Positions 7,882 to 15,995 are shown, counted from the first letter of the stretch. The stretch: 24,000 nucleotides of DNA from Prochlorococcus sp. AG-418-I20 (GCA_003214175.1 QCLZ01000003.1:1-24000); one strand, 5' to 3'. Program-made: numbers and translations. The notes: a model not told the origin generated them from the sequence alone.

Positions 7882-7903
7882 TTTTCCCTAAATTTTCCCT
7901 AAA
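7882..7903. repeat. segment-private tandem repeat TTTTCCCTAAA x2
   Basis: Perfect 11-bp tandem. Partner TTTTCCCTGA|TTTTTCCCTAA lies at 8505-8525. Confidence 0.8.
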
Positions 7904-7906
7904 GTT

Positions 7907-7933
7907 GATCTAGTGCTCCACAAGGTTCTAGGA
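7907..7933. other. degenerate att-core-like site GATCTAGTGC-TCCACAA-GGTTCTAGGA
   Basis: The left arm matches the core 9/10. In the right arm only the CTAG centre is conserved. Confidence 0.4.
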
Positions 7934-8041
7934 GTTGCCACAAACAAATAAAAATGGTGAATGTAGAAAGCCTTTAATTTATTCTTTTTTTTTAGTTTTA
8001 TTTGGGATAAATGTTGCTTGTTCAACGTAATGTGAGATCTA

Positions 8042-8329
8042 TTATTTAGGAAATGGGCAACTTGGATAAAGTTCCAGTGCAATTTCTTTTACATATTCTA
8101 TTTCACTTTTAGATAAGTATTTTTTTTCTGCATTATAAACATATTGCTTTGTATACTTTTTTGCTAACGAATAAGATAAATTATTCTCGTCATGCATCTC
8201 ACAAACTGCAGTAATTAATCCAAATACAAACATTTCCTTTTCAGGTTTTGTTAAGGAAGCAAAACTTGGACTTGTTAATGCAATAGTTGAAATACTAAAT
8301 GATGAAAAAATTAATAAGAATTTTTTCAT
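8042..8329 (-). CDS. secreted hypothetical protein, 95 aa
   Basis: Start moved to the ATG at 8329, giving MKKFLLIFSSFSISTIALTSPSFA as a signal peptide. The ORF-track start at 8401 adds an unlikely extension. Confidence 0.6.
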   Translation of the reverse strand: MKKFLLIFSSFSISTIALTSPSFASLTKPEKEMFVFGLITAVCEMHDENNLSYSLAKKYTKQYVYNAEKKYLSKSEIEYVKEIALELYPSCPFPK

Positions 8330-8504
8330 CAATATTCTTTTAGTAAATTCTAGTACTAGTTTCATATTTAATAGCCATCTGCTAATAAAGATAGCAACCA
8401 ACTATATCGATATATATAAAGGTAGGCTTATATCCTAAAAAATTCAATAAAATTCTATAAACTCTAGGGAAAAACCATAAGAAAACCCCCTAAAAAGGAG
8501 TTCA

Positions 8505-8525
8505 TTTTCCCTGATTTTTCCCTAA
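8505..8525. repeat. segment-private tandem repeat TTTTCCCTGA|TTTTTCCCTAA
   Basis: Partner of 7882-7903. An inverted copy TAGGGAAAAA lies at 8465-8474. Confidence 0.75.
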
Positions 8526-8554
8526 GCCAAATTAGGTAATCGCTGAAAAGCCAG

Positions 8555-8590
8555 TCGAGGATACATGATTCGAACCTGCGACCTAGTGCT
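8555..8590 (-). repeat. degenerate partial tRNA-Pro 3' segment, copy j
   Basis: TCGAGGATACATGATTCGAACCTGCGACCTAGTGCT. The T-arm and core are retained, the acceptor part has decayed, and the anticodon loop is replaced by TTTTATT. Confidence 0.7.
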
Positions 8591-8616
8591 TTTATTTAAA
8601 GAGTAAAAATATTATT

Positions 8617-8660
8617 GATTGACAGTCGATCTAACTTAGAGGGATAAAACCCTCTTTTTT
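8617..8660 (+). promoter_or_regulatory. island leader element copy P3 (GATTGACAGTCGATC + TAACTT + AGAGGG-ataaaa-CCCTCT + T-run)
   Basis: Canonical copy. There is no plus-strand gene downstream, and it faces the 3' end of the convergent gene 8659-8889. Confidence 0.7.
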
Positions 8661-8889
8661 AATGGTTATGTTTGTGCATACTGCATGGCATCCATTTATC
8701 ACCCATTTGATGAGCGCCTTCACAACCAAATTTATAGGCCTCTTTTTCTGCCTCTTCTTTCGTATTAAATAACATCGGCATTTCCATTTCTTTTTCTACT
8801 GGTTTATTTGAACATCCGAATATAAAAATTGATATAGAAAGAAAAGGAATAAGAGAAATAAAGTGTTTCAAAATTAATTCATAAATCAA
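8659..8889 (-). CDS. small lipoprotein with C/H-rich C-terminus, 76 aa (or 70 aa)
   Basis: Lipobox FIFGC and C-terminal GCEGAHQMGDKWMPCSMHKHNH. The start is TTG at 8889 or an in-frame TTG at 8871 (MKHFISL...). Confidence 0.65.
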   Translation of the reverse strand: MIYELILKHFISLIPFLSISIFIFGCSNKPVEKEMEMPMLFNTKEEAEKEAYKFGCEGAHQMGDKWMPCSMHKHNH

Positions 8890-8953
8890 GGCACCTTAGT
8901 ATTTAATATGTTTGGAAATATTTAAAAAGTTGAATTCTTTACATATATATATA

Positions 8954-8999
8954 GATTGACAGTCGATCTAAAGTAGAGGGATAAAACCCTCTTTTTTTT
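8954..8999 (+). promoter_or_regulatory. island leader element copy P4 (GATTGACAGTCGATC + TAAAGT + AGAGGG-ataaaa-CCCTCT + T8)
   Basis: Canonical copy. The T-run runs straight into the ATG at 9000. Confidence 0.7.
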
Positions 9000-9059
9000 A
9001 TGGATAGAAGATTTATTGCTGAAAAGATTATGACTCTAATTATTTCTTTGATTGGTTAA
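9000..9059 (+). CDS. 19-aa micro-ORF (MDRRFIAEKIMTLIISLIG)
   Basis: The only support is its position directly after leader element P4. Confidence 0.2.
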   Translation: MDRRFIAEKIMTLIISLIG

Positions 9060-9143
9060 ATCAAAAGATTGATGGTCTTATTTTGCAGTAATGGGAAAAC
9101 ACACTCATCAACAATGACATTATTTAATCCTTAAGATGGAATA

Positions 9144-9707
9144 ATGGAGACAGAGCAAAAGCTAATAAAATTACTTCTTGATAAACCTAATTCAAAAGAT
9201 ATTTTATTATTAGCTACAAAACTTGAGGGCAATTCTAATTTTATTCTTAGTAAAGATGTTGAAAAATTACAGGGAATATGGGAGTTAAGGTGGAGCAGTT
9301 CTAATGCTCCATTTTTAAATTATTCTCCATTAGTAGATAATCTTCAAATCTTGGATCCTTTAAATTCAAGTGCCATGAACTTGCTTAAACCAAGAGGTAT
9401 TAATGCAATTGTTGGGACAGGTATCATAGCCAAGTTAAACCCAATCAATGATATTAGAGTTGGAGTTAAATTTACTCATGCTGGATTAATAGGTCCCCAA
9501 ATAGGATTCAATAAAGTAAAAGCATTAGCAGAAATAAAAAAAGAGCAAAAAGGATGGCTAGATATCACCTATTTAAGTAAGGAGCTAAGAATATGCAGAG
9601 GAGATAAAGGGACATTATTTGTATTAAAGAAAAGAAGCGATGAAAAATTATTCAAAAGATTCCAAGGATTTATTGATAAGATTTCGAGTAAGAAAGAATT
9701 AGCTTAG
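9144..9707 (+). CDS. PAP/fibrillin family protein, 187 aa
   Basis: GIWELRWSS and WLDITYLSKELRICRGDKGTLFVL match the fibrillin (plastid lipid-associated protein) signature. Confidence 0.8.
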   Translation: METEQKLIKLLLDKPNSKDILLLATKLEGNSNFILSKDVEKLQGIWELRWSSSNAPFLNYSPLVDNLQILDPLNSSAMNLLKPRGINAIVGTGIIAKLNPINDIRVGVKFTHAGLIGPQIGFNKVKALAEIKKEQKGWLDITYLSKELRICRGDKGTLFVLKKRSDEKLFKRFQGFIDKISSKKELA

Positions 9708-9847
9708 CTACTCATAAAAAAAAGGATTTTAGATCAAAATAAAATATATGAATAAAGAACATTGGCTAATAAATTCCAGTAGATCAAGAGTAAAAAGATT
9801 CACAATAAATAAACAGAACAAAGATAAATTCTTCGAATATATGTTTG

Positions 9848-9889
9848 TTGACAGTAGATATAAAATTAAGTGAAATTAGGCTGTCTTTT
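9848..9889 (+). promoter_or_regulatory. diverged leader element copy P12 (TTGACAGTAGATA + TAAAAT)
   Basis: 10 of 13 positions of the invariant block are kept and a TANNNT box is present. A GTG start follows at 9890. Confidence 0.4.
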
Positions 9890-10381
9890 GTGAAGAAATT
9901 TTTCCTCCCTTTTCTTGTTGTTCTTGCTTTGCCTTCGTCTGTTAATGCTGGATATTCATCAAGCATTGATTTAATGACTGATGAAACAAAAATTAGGATT
10001 TTTCACAATTCTATTACCAAAGTGTCAAATTCAATAGGTATTCCTGAGACGGCAACAATCTGGATAAGATGCAGTCTTAAAAATGGTAAGACTACAAATC
10101 TAGAAGCATTTATTAAAACTCCTACATATAACTCAGATAATAATAAAGTTGGATTACGTTGGGATTCTGGAGAACCTATAAGAACTTCTTGGAACGAGTC
10201 AACATCGGGTACATCACTATTCAACCGAGATCCAAAAAAATTTATTAACAAGTTATTAGAATCTAATACATTAGTTTTCCAATGGACTCCTTATCAATCC
10301 ATTCCTCAAGCGGTTAAATTTGATTTAATAAAAATGAAGCCAGATATTATTCGAGCTAAAAATGATGGATGTGAATACTAA
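9890..10381 (+). CDS. secreted hypothetical protein, 163 aa (GTG start)
   Basis: Starting at GTG 9890 gives the signal peptide (M)KKFFLPFLVVLALPSSVNA|GY. The ORF-track TTG at 9845 lies inside the leader element. Confidence 0.65.
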   Translation: MKKFFLPFLVVLALPSSVNAGYSSSIDLMTDETKIRIFHNSITKVSNSIGIPETATIWIRCSLKNGKTTNLEAFIKTPTYNSDNNKVGLRWDSGEPIRTSWNESTSGTSLFNRDPKKFINKLLESNTLVFQWTPYQSIPQAVKFDLIKMKPDIIRAKNDGCEY

Positions 10382-10414
10382 TATTTGAGATTTCAAAATC
10401 CAAAAAAAATTTAT

Positions 10415-10609
10415 TTAATAGCCATATATATTACTAGTTCCTGCATACCAAACTTCAATAGTTTGCCATAGGCCTATAACTCCAAATAATACTGTAATGA
10501 AAATTACTGCTGGTCTCGAATCTGAACTTATGTTCTTTGAGAGAATTAGAGTAATCAAGGCTAATTGCATGAATATGCAGAAAAGCAATAAAACAATTGC
10601 AGGGAGCAT
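10415..10609 (-). CDS. two-TM membrane peptide, 64 aa
   Basis: ATG ORF with two hydrophobic helices. Confidence 0.5.
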   Translation of the reverse strand: MLPAIVLLLFCIFMQLALITLILSKNISSDSRPAVIFITVLFGVIGLWQTIEVWYAGTSNIYGY

Positions 10610-10662
10610 AAATTTAATGATCTTTTTTTATCTTAATTAGTGTGTCAACAAGATAAAAATTA

Positions 10663-10684
10663 ATTTGTTGGCTATTTGTTGGCC
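10663..10684. repeat. tandem repeat ATTTGTTGGCT|ATTTGTTGGCC
   Basis: 11-bp tandem in the same position relative to the tRNA flank as the others. An inverted copy GCCAACAAG lies at 10692-10700. I found no partner at the left end of this segment. Confidence 0.7.
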
Positions 10685-10709
10685 GCTATGAGCCAACAAG
10701 CAAAAGCAA

Positions 10710-10736
10710 TAAAAAAGCGAGTCTGGGTAACTCGCT
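10710..10736 (-). terminator. terminator travelling with the tRNA-Pro fragment
   Basis: On the minus strand 3' of fragment d, the stem AGCGAG/CTCGCT is followed by a T-run. Confidence 0.6.
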
Positions 10737-10758
10737 AGTACGACTTGGTGTTTAAGAG

Positions 10759-10805
10759 TCGGGGCGACAGTATTCGAACCTGCGACCTAGTGCTCCCAAA
10801 GCACT
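10759..10805 (-). repeat. partial tRNA-Pro(UGG) 3' segment, copy d
   Basis: TCGGGGCGACAGTATTCGAACCTGCGACCTAGTGCTCCCAAAGCACT, with one substitution in the T-arm. Confidence 0.9.
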
Positions 10806-10893
10806 TAATAGCCGTAGTTCAGCACTAGGTTTTAAAGCTATATCTAATTATTTGCTTGGTTCTGCGAAGTTTGTCGTGACAAATAAAGTAATA

Positions 10894-10915
10894 TTTGTCC
10901 GCAATTTGTCCGCAA
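10894..10915. repeat. segment-private tandem repeat TTTGTCCGCAA x2
   Basis: Perfect 11-bp tandem. The identical tandem recurs at 13330-13351 at the other end of the segment. A partial third copy TTTGTCGTGAC lies at 10870. Confidence 0.85.
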
Positions 10916-11239
10916 AATATTAGCTAAGAAAAATTTGACTAGCATTTTATACAAGATATTGATCTATTTAAATCAATAAGGATTTGAGATATGGAATATA
11001 GTTTTGGGGAATTACGAGCAAAATTTTGGAATCATTTGATTACTTCGAATATCTAAATTCAATATCATTTCATCCACCTGCAATGATAATTACTACCCTA
11101 GTATTCTTTTATATAAGAAGAAAAATTTTATTAGCTGGCAAAAAACATTAGCAATCTATTTAATATTTATATTTTTGAATGAGTCAAAAATTAAATAAAC
11201 AAAGCAAGTAATAAAAACAATTACATATATAGATTCCAT

Positions 11240-11608
11240 TTAACTTACCGTTGTTATTGAACTGCTTAATCCATAAGTGAGAAAAATAAAACTTGCAAAA
11301 GTAACTCCTATCATTATTGTTGTGTAGAGTTTATTTAGTTTGAAATTATTACTTGCAGATGAAAAGTCTGCAACAACAAAACTTTTCATTGAATATTTAT
11401 CTCTATTTATGAAATTATTGCTCTTTACCAAATTGCCTAAAATTGGATCTGTAGCAACTTTTATTTCTTGATTGATAACAGAATTTAAACCTTTATCTTC
11501 ATTGAAGAATCTTGGAAACATGTATGCATGCCATAAAGCTATTATTGCCACCCAAAAAACTACACTAACTCCTGCAAAACCAAAAAGTAAAAATCTAAAG
11601 GTTTCCAT
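11240..11608 (-). CDS. membrane protein, 122 aa
   Basis: ATG ORF with N- and C-terminal TM helices. Confidence 0.6.
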   Translation of the reverse strand: METFRFLLFGFAGVSVVFWVAIIALWHAYMFPRFFNEDKGLNSVINQEIKVATDPILGNLVKSNNFINRDKYSMKSFVVADFSSASNNFKLNKLYTTIMIGVTFASFIFLTYGLSSSITTVS

Positions 11609-11829
11609 ATTTGTTTTTTAATTAACTAAAATCTACATCAGAAAAAATATCTAAATACCGCAATCCAAAAAAATATACTTTAAATAAATCAATTAATCAT
11701 TTCATGATGTTACTAATGATTAGAAACAATGTTATTAAGGGCTTTTCTTTTAATATAAATTAATGATCAAATCAATTATTTAACTAAAAAAGACAAAATA
11801 ATAATCAAATTTATTATTACTTTTTAGAA

Positions 11830-12126
11830 ATGGATTTCAGGATTTTACTTGTTATTACACCAATAATATTCTCATGGATATTTACAGTCTTTTGGTTAGG
11901 TAGATGGGATGTATTTAGATTAACGCCACTAGGATTACCAAAGAAGGGAGTAGCTCCTTTTGAAAATTATCAAGTATGGGAAGATTCAGCATTAATTCCT
12001 GATACTGGCAGACCATCCGAAGGTTATCCAGTATTTACTGTAAGAACCGCAGCAGTTAATGCCCTAGGGATTCCAACCGTTTTCTTCCTTGGAGCAATAT
12101 TGGCAATGCAGTTTAAATCTTATTAA
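11830..12126 (+). CDS. membrane protein, 98 aa (first of tandem paralogs)
   Basis: ATG ORF. The N-terminus [29 protein letters not shown] parallels the next gene. Confidence 0.65.
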   Translation: MDFRILLVITPIIFSWIFTVFWLGRWDVFRLTPLGLPKKGVAPFENYQVWEDSALIPDTGRPSEGYPVFTVRTAAVNALGIPTVFFLGAILAMQFKSY

Positions 12127-12138
12127 TAGGAAATCTTG

Positions 12139-12324
12139 ATGGATATTAGATTTTTAATTGTTGTAGCACCATTTTTAATCGCATTTTTTTATACCTTATT
12201 TTGGCTAAATAAATGGGGTGCTTTTAATTCTACGAATAATAATTTGCCAAAAAATATTTCTCTTAAAAATGAATCAATAGAACAAAATTATATTTTAGAG
12301 AATATCTTTTTAACAAAAAATTAA
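12139..12324 (+). CDS. membrane protein, 61 aa (second tandem paralog)
   Basis: The ATG at 12139 gives MDIRFLIVVAPFLIAFFYTLFWLNKWGAF, which aligns to the N-terminus of 11830-12126. The C-terminus is unrelated. Confidence 0.55.
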   Translation: MDIRFLIVVAPFLIAFFYTLFWLNKWGAFNSTNNNLPKNISLKNESIEQNYILENIFLTKN

Positions 12325-12359
12325 TCAAATTTTTCTTTCCCTTTAATTAATACCTTGTC

Positions 12360-12458
12360 ATGATTCCAATAGAACAGTATTTGTTTTTTGCAGTTTCTCT
12401 TTATGCATTTTTTTATCTTTCAATAACTATCGTAAGTACATTAATTAGTTTTTCCTAA
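12360..12458 (+). CDS. 32-aa TM micro-ORF
   Basis: Hand-found ATG..TAA ORF (MIPIEQYLFFAVSLYAFFYLSITIVSTLISFS). Confidence 0.3.
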   Translation: MIPIEQYLFFAVSLYAFFYLSITIVSTLISFS

Positions 12459-12540
12459 GTAATAACTACATAAAATATTAGACACTTATTTGTATAAAAT
12501 TAATCTTCCTGTATATAGAAACTCATTATATAAATATATA

Positions 12541-12660
12541 AGTAGATATTAGGGCAATCTACTAACCGCTAGCTTTGATAAAGCGGTTCGTAATGAGAAC
12601 CTCCCTTTGACCTCATTTTCTTTTCGCAATCTTAGAAAATGAGGTTTAAATAATTTTTAA
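12541..12660 (+). ncRNA. candidate structured RNA, copy 1 (three hairpins, terminator-like end)
   Basis: Three hairpins: AGTAGAT/ATCTACT (12541-12563), AACCGCT/AGCGGTT (12564-12588), and an 11-bp stem ACCTCATTTTC/GAAAATGAGGT (12610-12645) followed by a T-rich tail. TATAAA lies upstream. Confidence 0.45.
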
Positions 12661-12771
12661 TAGTAAGGAATATTAAAGTTAATTTTCTAAATAAATCCAG
12701 TCATTAAATTTTATTCATGGTCATGTATATTATTTACTTTTAAAAATAGAGTTTTTTCTATATAAAGAATA

Positions 12772-12885
12772 TGTAGATAATTGGCGAATCTGCAACGGTA
12801 TAGATTCCGTCTTTTGAACCTAGCCAACGAAAATATTCTTAACTACGTTTTAGTTATTTTAGTAGTTAGGAATATTTTTATTTTA
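12772..12885 (+). ncRNA. candidate structured RNA, copy 2
   Basis: Same order as copy 1: TGTAGAT/ATCTGCA (12772-12794), ACGG/CCGT (12795-12810), and a 15-bp stem AATATTCTTAACTAC/GTAGTTAGGAATATT (12832-12876) followed by a T-rich tail. TATAAA lies upstream. Confidence 0.45.
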
Positions 12886-12909
12886 AGGTTAATTTTTTCT
12901 TAAAAACAA

Positions 12910-13323
12910 ATGATCAATAAATCTCAAAAAGTATCCTCATTAGAAAATATCTACAAGAATTTGGAATCTGGAATGCCAGAAAATAAATCTATTAAAGACT
13001 ATGCTCTCCCTAATGCGAGACAGTGGTTAGGGGGAAGATATATAGCCCTATGGGTATTACCTATTTATTTAATTAGTAAAATTGCTAAATTCGCAGCTTC
13101 CTCTGCATTTATAAAACCATATTCTCCAATTAAAAATGGCCCTTCTTATAAAAGACCAGAAACTTTGTACACCTCTTTAAAAGGTGTATTTAAAGGAGAA
13201 GACCATTTAAGATTTTTTGATCATAGGTTTATCGCTATTTGGGTATTGCCTTTTGCTTTAACTGGAATTGTTTTTGAAGTGCTTTTTATATCTCCTGCTA
13301 AGAATACTTTCCCTTTCAATTAA
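12910..13323 (+). CDS. membrane protein with internal duplication, 137 aa
   Basis: ATG ORF in which RYIALWVLPIYLISKI and RFIAIWVLPFALTGIV are repeated halves. Confidence 0.55.
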   Translation: MINKSQKVSSLENIYKNLESGMPENKSIKDYALPNARQWLGGRYIALWVLPIYLISKIAKFAASSAFIKPYSPIKNGPSYKRPETLYTSLKGVFKGEDHLRFFDHRFIAIWVLPFALTGIVFEVLFISPAKNTFPFN

Positions 13324-13329
13324 GCACGT

Positions 13330-13351
13330 TTTGTCCGCAATTTGTCCGCAA
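13330..13351. repeat. segment-private tandem repeat TTTGTCCGCAA x2
   Basis: Identical to 10894-10915. It sits just before the terminator-like flank of fragment e. Confidence 0.85.
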
Positions 13352-13422
13352 TCATTGAGGACAGAATTTAAGCAATAAAAAAGACAGGCTGGGAAACCTT
13401 TCTATGACTTGGATTATTAGAG

Positions 13423-13469
13423 TCGGGGCGACAGGATTCGAACCTGCGACCTAGTGCTCCCAAAGCACT
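13423..13469 (-). repeat. partial tRNA-Pro(UGG) 3' segment, copy e
   Basis: TCGGGGCGACAGGATTCGAACCTGCGACCTAGTGCTCCCAAAGCACT. Confidence 0.9.
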
Positions 13470-13556
13470 TAACAAGCCCAGTTGGACACTATGTCTACAG
13501 GCCATGACTAAATAGTTGCGGGGTATTGCAGGATTTAACATGACAAACCATGGTGA

Positions 13557-13578
13557 ATTTGTCGGCGATTTGTCGGCG
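13557..13578. repeat. segment-private tandem repeat ATTTGTCGGCG x2
   Basis: Perfect 11-bp tandem. Partner TTTGTCGGCT|TTTTGTCGGCT lies at 15357-15377. Confidence 0.85.
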
Positions 13579-13691
13579 ATTTGAAAGTAATTTTCGGTTA
13601 ATTTAAATTTTAGAACCAATTAAAAGATATTTAATTGACATCGCATTCATATTTGTAAAATATGGATTTATACCGATAGGCAAAAAAGAGA

Positions 13692-15308
13692 TTGAGAATT
13701 GTTGAGATTAAAAGATCTTTAAAGATTATATTTTTAGTCTGCCTTGTTCCAACTGGAATTGTTTTGGCAGATACTTTTACTGGTACAGATATTTCAATTG
13801 AATCGGAACTAAATGGTGGAACAGTTATTGATTTCTCGAATGGCTCAAATGGAACTTCGGGAACATCGTTTCAAACCTATTCTGAAGGTGACGTAACTTT
13901 TTCAAACGAAGGTGGTATTGGTGAGAATAATGGTTCAATAAATATTGATGATTCTAGAAGTGGGTCATCTAATACGACAGGATTTTACTTGCAAAATACT
14001 ACTGATGATTATGGTGTCAGATTTACGAATCCTAGTAAATCTCTGAAGTTTGAATTTACAAACCCAGTTTCAGCTTTTGGATTTAATTTAGGCAATAATG
14101 TAAATATTTGGGATTTAAAAGCTTACGATTCTAGTAACACACTTCTAGAGACTTACAATTTACCCGCATTAGAGTCAACGAACAATAATGGTGAATATTT
14201 TGGTATTTCAAGTGACTCAAATAATATCAGTTATGCAACATTAATTGATCGGCTAAATACTGGGCAGGGGGCAAATGGGAATTGGATTTTTATTGATAAC
14301 TTTACTTATTTAATTTTATTTCGTAATGAGTGGTTACAACCTTTTGCCGCTATGCAAAATGTTGGTTTAACTTCAATAAAAAATAATAAAGATTTAGTGT
14401 TAGCAAAAGCTGGAGAATGCAATGATTATGGATGGGTTATTGATGAAACAGATTTCTGCTTATATAGCACTACTAGTAATTCAATTTCTAACGTAAATGG
14501 TAATAGCAATTATGGTGGATATGATTACGCAAACTTTAATACATCATTAATTATAGAGAAAACTTTTAATGAAGAATGGAAAGCTGGAATTTCTTACGGA
14601 GTTGGCTCGTCTAATTTAGATAATTTTAATTTCTCTGGAACAACTGCTAATTTTCATTCCACAAATACACATTATTCAATTTATGGATTTAAACAAGTTA
14701 GTAAAAAATTTAGTTTAAAAGGGTTGATTGGAGTCTCCGATTTTGATTATGCAGGCAATAGAAATTACCTAAATAAGACCGCTGAATCCATTTACGATGC
14801 TGATGGTTATACAGTAGAAATAGTAGGTGTTTGGGATTTTAATAAATTTATTAAGGAATCTAATACTCTTATCAATGTTAAACCCTCAATAGGAATGGCC
14901 TTTGCGGCTCATAATCAAGATGGATTTAGTGAATCTGGTAGTGGACATTTAGTTACCATCAAATCTAATCGAGCAGAATCTCTTCTTTTAAAAACAGGTT
15001 TAAAAGTTGAAAACCAAATACTAATGGAAGGAGGTAAGTGGATATTGATCCCTTCATTTAATTTGAATTATGAATTTGATGCTCTTGCTAGTAGTAACAA
15101 TAGAAAAATTAGCGGATTTCTTCAAGGGAGCACAGATGAGACTACATTTGTATCATCTAAAACTTTAGGAGAACACAATGTTTCAGCCAACGTTGGTGCT
15201 GATTTCATTTGTACTGAGAATTTAAGTTTTAATCTAAATGCAAAATATGTTTTAACAGATGGAGGTAATCAACATTCTTTTGGTGGAGGGTTCAGATTCG
15301 TATTCTAA
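13692..15308 (+). CDS. autotransporter-like outer-membrane protein (type V beta-barrel C-terminal domain), 538 aa
   Basis: Signal peptide KIIFLVCLVPTGIVLA|DT and a G/N/S/T-rich passenger. The C-terminal ~280 aa show the alternating beta-strand pattern, a P-x-x-G-x-A-x-x-x-x-x-DGFSESG motif, and a terminal GGGFRFVF. The start codon is TTG. Confidence 0.7.
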   Translation: MRIVEIKRSLKIIFLVCLVPTGIVLADTFTGTDISIESELNGGTVIDFSNGSNGTSGTSFQTYSEGDVTFSNEGGIGENNGSINIDDSRSGSSNTTGFYLQNTTDDYGVRFTNPSKSLKFEFTNPVSAFGFNLGNNVNIWDLKAYDSSNTLLETYNLPALESTNNNGEYFGISSDSNNISYATLIDRLNTGQGANGNWIFIDNFTYLILFRNEWLQPFAAMQNVGLTSIKNNKDLVLAKAGECNDYGWVIDETDFCLYSTTSNSISNVNGNSNYGGYDYANFNTSLIIEKTFNEEWKAGISYGVGSSNLDNFNFSGTTANFHSTNTHYSIYGFKQVSKKFSLKGLIGVSDFDYAGNRNYLNKTAESIYDADGYTVEIVGVWDFNKFIKESNTLINVKPSIGMAFAAHNQDGFSESGSGHLVTIKSNRAESLLLKTGLKVENQILMEGGKWILIPSFNLNYEFDALASSNNRKISGFLQGSTDETTFVSSKTLGEHNVSANVGADFICTENLSFNLNAKYVLTDGGNQHSFGGGFRFVF

Positions 15309-15356
15309 AAAAATATTTGATCTGCAATATCCTGCATGATTTAGAAAAACTACGCA

Positions 15357-15377
15357 TTTGTCGGCTTTTTGTCGGCT
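15357..15377. repeat. segment-private tandem repeat TTTGTCGGCT|TTTTGTCGGCT
   Basis: Partner of 13557-13578. Confidence 0.8.
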
Positions 15378-15401
15378 GATGTAACCGACATAATTTTCAA
15401 T

Positions 15402-15427
15402 AAAAAAGCGAGTCTGGGAAACTCTCT
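15402..15427 (-). terminator. terminator travelling with the tRNA-Pro fragment
   Basis: On the minus strand 3' of fragment f, the stem AGCGAGT/ACTCTCT (1 mismatch) is followed by a T-run. Confidence 0.5.
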
Positions 15428-15449
15428 AGTATGACTTGGTTTTTAAGAG

Positions 15450-15499
15450 TAGGGGCGACAGGATTCGAACCTGCGACCTAGTGCTCCCAAAGCACCCGC
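15450..15499 (-). repeat. partial tRNA-Pro(UGG) 3' segment, copy f (long form)
   Basis: TAGGGGCGACAGGATTCGAACCTGCGACCTAGTGCTCCCAAAGCACCCGC. Identity extends through the whole anticodon stem. Confidence 0.9.
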
Positions 15500-15623
15500 T
15501 ACGCAAAATGCGACAGCCCCCATGAGAAACAAGTGAGGCTATGGCTTATTAGTTGATATTAAATGAAAATTGATGAGTCTTAAAAATTAGCAAGATATAG
15601 CAAGGTGGTGCATAAATAAGCAA

Positions 15624-15645
15624 AATCTCGCTCAAATCTCGCTCA
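15624..15645. repeat. tandem repeat AATCTCGCTCA x2
   Basis: Perfect 11-bp tandem, 5 nt before the symmetric core. No identical partner was found. Confidence 0.75.
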
Positions 15646-15650
15646 CAAGC

Positions 15651-15677
15651 GACCTAGTGCCCTAAGAGCACTAGCTC
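15651..15677. other. symmetric att-core-like site GACCTAGTGC-CCTAAGA-GCACTAGCTC
   Basis: 10-bp inverted arms (1 mismatch) flank a 7-bp spacer. Confidence 0.7.
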
Positions 15678-15697
15678 GTAGAATTTAGAAATTTATT

Positions 15698-15741
15698 GAT
15701 TGACAGTCGATCTAACATAGAGGGATAAAACCCTTTTTATA
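15698..15741 (+). promoter_or_regulatory. island leader element copy P5 (GATTGACAGTCGATC + TAACAT + AGAGGG-ataaaa-CCCTTT)
   Basis: Canonical copy. The ATG of the lipoprotein gene follows at 15742. Confidence 0.75.
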
Positions 15742-15969
15742 ATGAAAAGAATTTATTTATTTCCTCTTTTTCTTCTACTAATAACAGGCTGTGAATATCT
15801 TTCTTTATCTCAAGCTAAAAAAGCTTGTTATCGATGGGGTCTTAATAGTGATATTGAACGTGGTAATTGGGATTGTAAACTTAACAAATCTAATATGGAA
15901 TACCTATTAATTAATGAATACTCTGACGATGGCATATACGATCCTAAAGTAATAAAAAAATTTAAATAA
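15742..15969 (+). CDS. small lipoprotein, 75 aa
   Basis: MKRIYLFPLFLLLITGC carries a lipobox (LITGC). Confidence 0.7.
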   Translation: MKRIYLFPLFLLLITGCEYLSLSQAKKACYRWGLNSDIERGNWDCKLNKSNMEYLLINEYSDDGIYDPKVIKKFK

Positions 15970-15995
15970 TATAGCTTTTCATTGATATTTATTTC

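Noticed and set aside
8619-8624. TTGACA in the leader element as the -35 box of the promoter
   Set aside because: It lies only 7 nt upstream of the conserved TANNNT hexamer, and sigma-70-type spacing needs 16-18 nt. It is better explained as half of the 15-bp dyad GATTGAC-A-GTCGATC. A -10 in the hairpin loop (GATAAA, 18-nt spacing) remains a weaker alternative.
12541-12794. GTAGAT-containing hairpins as Cas12a-type CRISPR repeats
   Set aside because: The loops are 9 nt and orientation and context do not fit. There are only two copies ~230 bp apart, with no spacer-repeat periodicity and no cas genes.
13368-13619. 83-aa minus-strand ORF from the track
   Set aside because: It reads straight through tRNA-Pro fragment e and its terminator-like flank (the peptide LGALGRRFESCRPDS is the translated tRNA sequence). 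It is an artefact of the repeat.
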